In this document: positions 53,700 to 64,000 of the stretch, in pieces
Position numbering within the stretch: position 1 is the stretch's first letter
Layout: every line of letters starts with the position of its first letter
From: Oopsacas minuta
Lineage: Eukaryota > Animalia > Porifera
Direction of reading: 5' to 3'
Length of the DNA: 64,000 nucleotides
NCBI GenBank assembly: GCA_024704765.1
Contig: JAKMXF010000055.1
Span: 587,815-651,814, forward strand
Translations under genes and position numbers: made by a program
Notes under the pieces: generated by a model
Databases searched by the model: none
Seen by the model: the letters and a program-made list of their open reading frames with translations, nothing else
Told to the model about the DNA's origin: nothing

Positions 53700-55804
53700 A
53701 TCATGTTCGGGACCTGGCAAGAATATACCTTCCCCCAAATCAATATGCCACACCTCTGAATATCATGAACCGCTCCCGATGATAAGTTTATACAGTATGT
53801 CTAATCATGCATTACTACATAGGTATCTTAACCTAATATTTGGAAGCCTAAGTGACATTATTCGGAGTGCTCATAATAATCATGGCCCTTTCCACAGGTT
53901 ATGTCCAATCGAGGTACGTTTGTTTAAATTAATTATTATGAGAAATAATCCTCGATATACGTTATATAATTGATCCTATTAATCTATAGTTCTAGTCGCT
54001 CCGGTCCATGAAACTGCAAAACCAGTCGTTGAGGGGTTAAACTATCTATTGCGCAATATTAACAACAAATATTTTGTCCATTACAGTCTTCTTTATGAAT
54101 ACTCTGAGCTGATGACCATGTCAAGGAATACGCTTCAAGGATATCTCAAGTAATATCTAACATATTCAATAATTATATAATTTTGCAAACTCGTATTGTT
54201 TTAAACCTTCTAATTATTGCTTATAGAGCAAAGAATAATCAGCTACGAAGGATGGGACGAACAAACAAATTCCACTACTATGTTATCCAACATGTTGGGA
54301 TGCATATTTGCGTTTGGTTAAGATTGACTATGTAAACAGTTTTCTTTGCCTTGGTAGTAAAAAGAATCCGGATGATATTATCTTGGATGAAAGTGCAATG
54401 GGAACAATTAAAGAAATTCTAAAAGTAGGCCCTTCTATTGATGATACTTAAGTACTGCCTACAATTCCATTAAATGAACGTGCATTTATACCTGTTCCTT
54501 CGATAAGAAAGAATTACTAAACCTTCAATCCATAGCATCCAAGAAGAAGAATTTAACCAAATGTCAATCTCACTTCTAATTAATGAGCTTAAGTATATAT
54601 CAGCTTTAATATCTTACAAAAAGATAATTGTGTTTATATCCTTAAAGATTTTCCTAAAGTGAACAAAGTGATACAGTTATAGTGTCGTACAGAGCCAGTA
54701 TCAGGGATGTTCCAAGTATCACTACTTACAAAAGAAGAACGAGGTGTATTAGTTGAACTATCTCTATAGAAATCTATCAATCTGTTAAGTCTAAATACAA
54801 TATACTTAAAGATACACAATTTTGAACTCTTATTCAGTTCATTGCAAACCAGCTCCGGTTATCCAAACTTTGCCTTGCATCACAAGATAGTTAGAGTATT
54901 GAAATATATTTTATTCCATATACCGGCAGATAATATGTCCCACAGAGGAACTCACAAATTGTTGCAGCTTCAACAAATATCAACGATTTCTACAATACTT
55001 CAAAACTTTGAAATATAACTAGAAGTAAGTGGCCCACATTCTTTTCGATAATCATATACTAACGAACATATTTATTCACTCGATTATGTAGGATACCAAC
55101 ATATGAAGATACCTGGAAAACATTGGTAGGATGTGCAAAGGTTTACCCCAAACATCGGAGAATTTACCAGGATAAATAATTACTGCATGTAAACACAAGT
55201 ACTGTAATGGATTTCAAATTTTACGTGACAGAGAATAAACTGTGAATATATGTAACACGATTCTTACACTCTTCAAGTTCCCGCCCCTTACTATTATCTA
55301 TGACAATGCATATAATCTGCATAATAACTGTATAGCGAGGTAACGTCTATTATAGAGTAATAATAATTGTTATTTAACAGCCTCGTTTCGCTCATTAACA
55401 CTGCTGACAGTCGTAAATTCAGTTCACGTCTGGTATTTTCGTGGGTTAGACAACTCATGGATTATTTCAACAACGAAAAGTTCCTGATATATGGTAAACC
55501 CTAGCCTATTCATAAATGTTGTTTTAGTGATCCAGGATAGTTTCGTTATGCCCCCTTCTTCGTTGATTGATTTCATTCAAGCAACCACAACTGAAACTTC
55601 GCTTATTCCTTGATATCAGTGAAAACAGATGAAATGAAGAATATCAACTCACAAACTTGTGAATGACTCTTCTCTATCCTACGAATGATATCAACCCAGA
55701 TATCTTGTATGCGAGTTAAAAATTTGTTTTAGAGCATAAGATATTATATTTCTTGTATTAATCAAGAAAACTTAACCAATTCTCTAAAAATTACCAGGAA
55801 GTAA
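53700..55804 (+). pseudogene. intron-containing KDZ/CxC-type (HMGXB3/Zisupton-related) transposase, degenerate
   Basis: GLNYLLRNINNKYFVHYSLLYEY; WDAYLRLVKIDYVNSFLC..PDDIILDES; LPG*IITACKHKYCNGF; IIYDNAYNLHNNC; FFVD*FHSSNH; NINSQTCE*LFSILR..QISCM. Frame-preserving GT-AG introns at 54150-54226 and 55340-55380. The 5' boundary is approximate. Confidence 0.65.
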
Positions 55805-56620
55805 TATTCAATAATCTAAGAACTCCATTTTCTCTTTGTAGTACTTTACAGCATATAAAAGATGGTATGTCCCTTTCTGGATCTTGATATCCTACATATG
55901 CCTTGTGATGCCTAGTGCTGCAATCAAGACACTCTATCATATATTTGTACGCATGAGCTGGTAGAGTGCATACACACGAAACTGTTATTGATAATACTGT
56001 TACTTGTGCTGTGGAGAACTTCGACCTAAGGGTCATCTGAGTTATTGAAGGGAAGGGTCTAACAATTTCTGTGCGGAAACACTCTTTTATATGAGCCCTC
56101 ATATGGATTTGACGCCATCTAATTTTACTAGGTTCTAGACCAGTAGCTAAAGCTAAACAAGCAGCTGTAGCAAATACCTCACAATTTGCACCTTCCATCT
56201 GTGTTGCATTGAGGAAACTGTAACTTGGAGAGGAATATAATTATTGCTATATAATTAAGCTAGTTGAACATCTAACTCCTCCTGGTACTACCAGTGAACA
56301 TAGAATCATAAAAGTATACTTTTCCATCATCATATAGTACGAAGTAGCCCAATGAAGTTGTCCATCATGGAGTACTTGAAAACTGATGACAGGTGGTTTA
56401 ACGAACTCACGATTCTAAGAGTAAATATAGATCAAGGATTTTGTGAAGTAACAACTAGAATATTCATGCTTGTTATTTTGCTTACATACACTGCACGACT
56501 TGCGAGAGTTTATAAACAACTCACCGCAGAGCGGATAGGATCTTGTAAACCGATCATTTGATACTCACAATAGTGATGTTTATGATCTCCTAAAATAGAT
56601 AATTCTTAAATGTGAGATTT
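55791..56620 (-). pseudogene. Ulp1/SENP-like cysteine protease with a C-terminal PHD-like finger
   Basis: GLQDP | intron 56415-56524 (GTGAGT..CTTAG) | FQVLHDGQLHW (His), VYFYDSM (Asp), QMEGANCEVFA (Gln/Cys), MRAHIKECF..PFP, then CVCTLP..MIECLDC..HKAYVG..FICCKV. Confidence 0.78.
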
Positions 56621-57237
56621 GTGAAGTTCATAGTATAGCATGACTTACACAAAAGGAATGTTTATGGGCTTGATAATTCAACCATACATCTAGCTCGTGG
56701 ATCCTCATCTAATACCTTAATTACAACTGGGAGTGGAGTAATTGACCGGACACTTATTTGATCTATAATAGATTATGACTATTGAGGTGAATTGTGATCG
56801 GGCTGCATGTGAGGGGACTCAGAGGAGTGTGTATGTCGCGATGGAAATGAGAGTCTCTGGACTCACCCATTATGGTAGGCCCCTGACTAAATGGAGATGA
56901 AGTTCTAACATCAATAACTAGACTGCTTTCATACTCGAGTAAATTATTGGATAGTTTTCAATGGCGATATTAGCATCGTTATTGGCTTGATCTTCAGACT
57001 CAATTGGGGAACTGTAATCGCAGTCGTTTTCATCTTGTATTTTTGGAACCCATGGTACCTGATATGAACTTTCCACAGATTTCTAATATCTCCACCAAAT
57101 AAACTTGTTGTTATGTGGTTCCTAGAAACGTTGCAATAGGCAATTTCTTCAGCCACCAGATTTGGTTTGGAATGATCACTCCATATATTGTAAGATTTGC
57201 CTATAAATGAGCAATGTAATAAACGTGCCACCAAGTA

Positions 57238-58550
57238 CAGGGTGGCTCCAAAGTTCTGATACAAACCATTTTGTCTATAATATTTATTCAGCATGACCGA
57301 CATTATTGATTCTCTCTATATAATTAATAACTACTATTAGGAAGAGATTGCCTAGTCATTTCTTCAATATAACTACCCTTTTTGGAAATGACAGCCCTGA
57401 GTCTGTTCGGGAATCCTTCTACTGCGGCACGCAGAGTTTCTTGGGGTATTTTCTCCCATTCTCGACCCAAGGAAATCTTTAGAGAGCTAACTGTGTTGTG
57501 TGACACAGAACAAGCCTTGTTCTCCAAGATAGACCATACAGAATAGTCCATGGGATTTAAATCGGGACTGTATGGTGACCATTCATCCTTATGTATAAAA
57601 TTGGGAATATTGTGCTTCAGCCAATCTTGGGTCGTATTGGCCGTATGGGCGGGAGCACCATCTTGTTGGAAGACAAATTGCTGTCCAGAAAACATGGTCT
57701 GGCTCAGACCTTTTACCACAGACTCTAATACAAGCTCTTGGTGTGTTTTGGCATTGATTTTCACTCCTGGGGGGATGAAAATCAGTGGTGTCCGACCAAC
57801 AACAGAGACCCAAGCCCAAACCATCAACAACAGTGGTTTCTTCATCCGACTGATATATCTGAACTTATCAGGGATCGCTGAAACTGAGGTCGAGATGACT
57901 CTATCGTTTTGGCTATTTGTAGCCTCTTCAATGGTGAAAATTTTCTCATCTGAGAAAATGGTATTCTCGAGAACTCCAATAGCGTGTAGAGCAAGTAGGC
58001 TCTTGCTCCGGGACACTCTCTTTTCTTTCACCGACCCGGATAGGAATTGTACCTTTTTGCGTTTAAAAGAGCGCATTCCTAGGTCCCTTTTGACAACCTT
58101 TTGTATTGCTCGGCGAGATATATTGAGCTCCAAGGCCATTTTCCTCATCGAACGGTGTGGGTTCCGCCGAATCCGTTCTCGCACCACTTTCTTGAGAGCT
58201 GAGGTCGTTACAGAGCATGGACGACCAGATCTCGGCTTGTCTACAGTGTCCCCAGTTTCCTTATATCGATTTATCGTCCTGTAGATAAATGCCCTACGTC
58301 CTTTTGCAATATTCAGCAGTTTAAAAATTTCTGATGGACTTTTCCCCGCCATATGCAACTCAATAATTGCTGACCTCTCAGATTCCATGGTCAATCACAA
58401 TTTTTTTTCGAAATAGAATACACCAAATTGAAATAATATTTGCTAGGAAGCGTATAAGGTATGTCATGGGAGAGCAAACCATTGAGAATACTTCCTGATA
58501 ATGGTTGTATATTAATCATGATTTTGTATCAGAACTTTGGAGCCACCCTG
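57238..58550 (-). mobile_element. maT (DD37D, Bmmar1-like) transposon, 1313 bp, apparently intact
   Basis: Perfect 28-bp TIRs CAGGGTGGCTCCAAAGTTCTGATACAAA, with TA at 57236-37 and 58551-52. Confidence 0.96.
57324..58394 (-). CDS. DD37D maT transposase, 356 aa, uninterrupted ORF
   Basis: N-terminal HTH, PRSGRP, IFSDEKIF, FQQDGAPAH and SPDLNPMDY; I count 37 residues between the second and third Asp. Confidence 0.93.
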   Translation of the reverse strand: MTMESERSAIIELHMAGKSPSEIFKLLNIAKGRRAFIYRTINRYKETGDTVDKPRSGRPCSVTTSALKKVVRERIRRNPHRSMRKMALELNISRRAIQKVVKRDLGMRSFKRKKVQFLSGSVKEKRVSRSKSLLALHAIGVLENTIFSDEKIFTIEEATNSQNDRVISTSVSAIPDKFRYISRMKKPLLLMVWAWVSVVGRTPLIFIPPGVKINAKTHQELVLESVVKGLSQTMFSGQQFVFQQDGAPAHTANTTQDWLKHNIPNFIHKDEWSPYSPDLNPMDYSVWSILENKACSVSHNTVSSLKISLGREWEKIPQETLRAAVEGFPNRLRAVISKKGSYIEEMTRQSLPNSSY

Positions 58551-59599
58551 TAAACAAAGAGATGATTTATCACACTGAAATATGTGTAACCTGAACAAAT
58601 GGGACCTGTGGAATCGGGGAACGTCTGGAAACGGAGTGAAAATAGAGAGAATTCCTATTCGCATACAAATCAATACAGGGTAAACGGGGCAGCATTCTTC
58701 AGCGTCCCTGGGGCCCAGTTTGTGGAGGTTTCACTGTAGTTGTAATACAAGATAATGATTTGAAATAGTGATATTGTAAATACAGGGTTGGGAAATAATT
58801 GAAATTACTCTGATTACAATGATAATCCTAAGTGTAGATACTTTTTGCTCATTGCAGGATACTGTAAGATTTCTAGCATCTTTTGATCATACTCTGGCTT
58901 GGAGATAGAGCCCGCAAGCTTGGTATGCCTAAGGGATGTCTAAATATCTTGTGTAATTTTTGGAATTAACATTTAAACTCCTCACTGCCCAAGAGAGAAA
59001 AATCACCTGCCAAGTAAAGGCTATTCCGATCTTTTCTCCTTTGATCTGACTAAATTGATCTATCATACAAGAAAGGCGGAGTTTGGCGATGTGCTGTGTC
59101 ATACTTAGAGGCATTCGTTATTGCTTAGCTAATCCGATATCGAAAATATTCCAATTCTTCATAAAATTATACTACTTATATATTAAATAATTACGATAAT
59201 TAAATATAACAGATAGGAGATATCAAATTAATATCCTATTTAGGTTCGTATGTTTTCCTGGTCCTATTCCAAATTTTTGCGTATGCTCAAAGTAACACAT
59301 GCGCAGAGTTGTAATTGGACATGCTCAAAGTAGTATTTATTATATGTGATAGATGCACTATATTTCAGTAGATATTTAAATAAAATTTGGTAGCAATAAA
59401 TTTCCTTTGATCATTAATGCCAATGGGAAAATAGCTGAAACCTGAAATTAATACATAGATTTTACCAAACTAAATTCTGATCGAGAGTTAAAACACCTCT
59501 AACCATAGAAATTAATAAAATAGTAATTGTAAGGCCAAATAATATTTAGAGCACAGGGTTATCAACTATTTGAATGCCCAAAGTATAATAGGCTTATAA

Positions 59600-60300
59600 G
59601 TGTCATGTACATCACTTGCTTACATATACATGAGATTCTGAGATTCACAAATGCGATGATATTTATTTACTAGTAGTGGGAAGAATATAATTTTATATAT
59701 TAATCTTGACTGATACTGATTACATTTGACTAATAGCACTGCCACAATTGCACTAACTGCAGCGACAAATTTGACTGATTACTAATGATTATTGAAAAGG
59801 TATTTCCTGTTACTCCTTGTGCAATGGTAGTATATCACCATCCATAAAATATAAATATTCCAAACTTTGAATATATGATAGACTGATTAGTGATTACATA
59901 CACCGAATCAGATATTTCAGATACAACATGTGTTAGCAGATTGGTATTAATACATTTATTAACAAGTCAATACCCGTATTAACAAAGCTACTGGACAGTA
60001 CAGATCCTGACTAGTCGGTACTGGTATTTAGAAGCAGGTTATTCAATACCAGTATTCACTACTCAGTAAGTGGAATGACAGATTTCGGGTATTAACATTA
60101 ACATATACACTGGCAGTAGAAAAAGGAGGAATCCTAAAAATGCATATGAAAGCGGTTATCCACACTATTAATCTGATTATTACCAAAACAATGAATAGGT
60201 CTAACATGTGGAAAGATTTGGAAATGTTGTTCAAGCAGTTGAGAAGGTTTTGTAATTACACAATGACCAGTTTCCAGAATAAGAAGTAGATAGAATAACA
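59600..60300 (-). pseudogene. decayed extracellular beta-sandwich (FN3-like) coding remnant
   Basis: Stop-riddled segments YTTIAQGVTGNTFSI and YQYRLVRI..VVSEISDSVYVIT resemble FN3 strands. Weak motif recall only. Confidence 0.22.
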
Positions 60301-61403
60301 AATGGAAATGCTACGTATATAGACATTAATCTTATATCTAAATAATCATGAAGTCCTATTATTTGTGCAACTCTACATTCACATTTCAGAGTGTAAAAAC
60401 TTCGAGGATTTATGCTCATGGTATCATTGGTATAACTAAATGCATTGTCAAAAATGACAACAGATAAATATTCACTAGTTTGAAATCAAAGCGAGTACCA
60501 GGAGTGATACATGAGAACTACTTAAAACTAAAAATTTATCAAATGTTAACAAATTCTTATGAATTTCGCCAGTAAGTATCTTGGGGTAGTGTCTTTCCTC
60601 ATAGCAATAACCAACCGATACATAACCTCAACGTGATACTATGAGAAATAAAATTGAAAACAGAAATATTTTCCAGAAAATTTGATTACTCATTGATTTG
60701 GTTTAGTAAAATAAGAATTCTCAATTAATGAATCTATTTGAAGTTAGGTATGGCAATTGGATCAGTTAGAAGGTAGAAAACATTACAAAAGCTAGAAAGA
60801 CTTTCTCTATGCAGTTTTGTGCATTCCAAGCAAGTCATTTGTTTTTGTATTAAGAGGAGTACAGCATAAATAGTGATGGGAAGCGACAATTTGGAAAGTT
60901 TGGAACCCAATCTTCATTATTACTGCGAGTGTATTAAAGCCATTCAATGGCAAGACAATACACGAAAAGGGGAAAGTTACAATGGTCGGACAATGATAGC
61001 GTTATTGTCACAACTAGAATATACCACAAAGAAATATATATTTCAGTACATGTATTGTGAAGCAAAAAATGAATCCTGGAAGATTTCAGTTCATTGTTCC
61101 TATTTGGAATAGCGACAATAATGACTGTCCTAAACAATGAATTCTCATGTGATATAACCATATGCACACTTGAAGTATAAAACACAATTTTGTATACTTA
61201 CAATTCTACGTATATACGATTAAATGTAAATATAAAGTTCCATCCATATGCGGAACCTCCATCACGTTACGTAACCGAGCCTATCGCTGCATAACCGTAT
61301 ATTGAAAGTTACAATAATATATTATCTATAAGATCGTATATTCATGCATGGGCGATAAATTACTTCAAAAGTTAACATAATTTTTGAAATGAATATTGTA
61401 CAG

Positions 61404-63798
61404 CAGTGGTTCTCACCTTTTCTGGCCTTCTCCCCATGAAGTTTACTCTCCCTTTTGGCCCCCCCTCTCCCCAAATAATTTGCAATTAGTTTTTTTTATT
61501 CCAATTAACAGTATTAATGCGAACCTTGTAATTGCTTATTAGATCTTAATATTTCAATATCTGGACTATATCTTGATGCTGATATCCTTAAATCTTCCCT
61601 GAAGTCAAGTTGCCTGCGGTGTTTTGACCTAAGAAAATTTGGTGAAGAAAATGTTTTCTCACAAAAATATGTTGTTAGAAATGGAAGCAAAAGCAATCTT
61701 TCAGCTGTTTTGTGAAAACATTTGGTGCTATCACCTTCACTAAAACCAGAATTTCGTTTTATTGGCACAAGAATATTTAGCTTCTGCTCCCTTATTTGCC
61801 TGTAAATATAACAACTCGTCTACTAAGATGTCGTCTAAGTCCATCATATCTTCAAGTGACATATCAATCGGGGTTTGCAGGTATTTAGGGATTGATGGAA
61901 CGTCCGAAAAGCGATTGGAAAAATCAGTAACTAGATTTATCAAATGTTCTTCGACAAGGGGAGCAAATTCAACTTCAAGATGTGGTGAAAGAGAAAGAAT
62001 TGCTTCTACACGTGGGAACATGTTCCATTGGTTCGTCAGTTACGTAAACGAAAGAATTTCAACTTATTTTGAAATGGAGTCACATTTTCTATAGCTGCTT
62101 GAAGAAAAATCCCATCTCCCTGCAACCTAAGATTACTCAGGTTATAGTAAGAGAAAATTTCAGTAAGATAAGCTAATTTCAGTTTGAAATAGATCGATGA
62201 AAACTCTTCTGTCTCGAAGAAATGTTTCTGATCTAGAAATTCACATAACTGATCATAAATAGAATATACTCGTTCAAGAGCTTTTCCTTTACTAAGCCAG
62301 CGAACTTCTGTGTGGAAAAGGAGGACGTCGTGTTCTGCTTCCGAATCTTCACATAGCCTTTTAGTATACGTTCTTTCAAAGGACTTGATTTGACAAAGTT
62401 CACAACTTTGATGACAACGTTAAGTGTTTCATGAAATTCATGCAGGAAATTTTTAGCAGCGAACGCCTGTTTATGAAGTATACAATGGATAAAACTGCAC
62501 TGCGGTAGTTCCCTTTGAAAATATTTCCAGAATCCAGTATCTCTACCAGTCATATTTCGAGCTCCACCTGTACTAACACTAACAACCTGGCTTAAACTAA
62601 TCTGATGTGGGTCAAAATAGGATCTAACCATCTTGAAGATATCTTGTCCAGTGCAACGACATTCAAAATAATCAAGGAAAAGCAATTCTTCCTTTATGCA
62701 ATCGTTATCGATGAAACGCATATAGACAATAAGAGTAGATTCTGCTCCAAGTGTTGACTCATCTAATTGAATGCTGATAGGAATATCCTTTATAAGTCGA
62801 ACCAATCTATCTTCTAAATTCTGTGAAATTTCACTAATCCTCCTTTTACTGTATCATTAGATAACGGGATTTTATCTAGTTTCTCTGCTGCCGCACTTCC
62901 CAGAACATGCTTGGCACAAGCAAACAGTGAAGGTTTGATTAGAGTTTCTGCATCTGTGTGAGGTTTTTTAAGCTTTGCGATTAGAAAAGATACTTCATTG
63001 GATGCCAAAGTACAACATTTCAAATCGGTAGACTGAGTGAAGAGAGAAAAAGATTTTTGTTGATTCAAATAGACTTTCTTTTTCTGCGAAAAGTGCTCTA
63101 TTGGCTGCCCCACCTCTGTGGGATGTTTTGACAATTGATGCGCTTTTAAATGACGAGGCTTCATAGAATCATTCGCCAAGCATACATGGCAGGTCAAGCA
63201 AAGAGGTTTTATTTCGTCTGGCCTAGAAATGAATCCAAACTGCAGATAAGAGGGATCATAATGTCGAATTCTGCGTTTTGCATTTGGTTCGGACATAATC
63301 TTCTGATTGTATAATAAAGTCTTGCAATGATAGGATTGAAAATGAATTAATGTAGATACAGTTCTATGTCATATTTATGTAGATTGTAAATGAAAATTGT
63401 ATCGATCAATAGGATGCCATATTATTCATATTATTGGAATCACACATCGATAACGTATTCACAATCGAATACATAGTATTTATTGTCATACAAAAGCAAT
63501 TTATCTTTGCCAGATGCATGCCATCTTACAAAGTATGAACAATAATTATATCTGAGTACTAACTTTATCGATGTAATATGCAAATGGGTTTTTAAAAGAG
63601 CGAGAAATTGAATACAAAAATACAAAATAAGCAGCGGTCGCGAGGAGCCTCCTCTGACTAGATTATTTACCCACACTCCAAGTATAGATTGCTCTCTCCG
63701 GAAATGTATCCCCTCTATCCCCCCTCTTGCGTTCATCCCCTCACTTCGGTATTACCATGCCCCCAATGGGGGTATATCCCCCTGGTTGAGAACCACTG
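61404..63798 (-). mobile_element. hAT Buster-type element (2395 bp), frameshifted transposase 61514-63296
   Basis: TIRs CAGTGGTTCTCACC / GGTTGAGAACCACTG. Flanks TTGTACAG and GTGTACAG match at 7/8 with central TA. Motifs PLCLTCHVCLANDSMKP..HL, IPLSNDTV, SIQLDEST, HCILHKQA and PFLTTYFCEKTFS. Confidence 0.94.
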
Positions 63799-64000
63799 GT
63801 GTACAGAAATAATGTTACATAGAAGAATAGATAACATTGCTTTCTGTACACAATCACGTATCCATAAATAAATTCTAGCACCAAGTTAACTGCGATATTA
63901 TTACTTTACCTATTATACTGCTCAACAAAAATTTTGTTGCATTTCTACCAACACTTGTTTTTACCTAATATTGGGGCGCTGAATCCGAATCCGACCTTAG

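Noticed and set aside
56352-56561. 69-aa plus-strand ORF
   Set aside because: It overlaps the intron and exons of the minus-strand Ulp1 gene and is best read as a shadow ORF.
57550-58284. 244-aa ORF antisense to the maT transposase
   Set aside because: No recognisable motif. It lies wholly within the sense CDS and is explicable as a shadow frame; the same applies to 1869-2207, 3946-4212, 17987-18328 and 45581-45865.

Overview
AT-rich eukaryotic (animal-like) genomic DNA; the host species cannot be determined from the sequence. Roughly 55-60% of the window, by summing my element boundaries, is a nested graveyard of class II DNA transposons. Families seen: Tc1/mariner (three mariner families, one Tc1, one intact DD37D maT, pogo-like MITE pieces, a 914-bp foldback), hAT (four Buster-type, one ZMYM1/THAP12-type), PIF/Harbinger, Chapaev (one RAG1-N-terminus-like element and two near-identical inverted Chapaev3 copies), P/THAP fragments, two RAG1-core/Transib-like elements, and a KDZ/CxC-type transposase paired with a convergent Ulp1-protease/PHD gene. 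The only intact transposase ORF is the maT at 57324-58394. The best leads are (1) a fully bounded 3107-bp RAG1-like transposon at 7294-10400 with CACAGTG heptamer ends, a perfect 5-bp TSD, asymmetric 9/18-bp spacers and an apparent RAG1 nonamer-binding-domain homologue, and (2) the spliced two-gene KDZ plus Ulp1-PHD unit at about 53700-56620. Spacer DNA holds one clean host-like exon and decayed host-like coding remnants. No rRNA, tRNA, CRISPR array or clear retrotransposon was recognised. All protein assignments come from manual translation and recalled family motifs, not from database searches.
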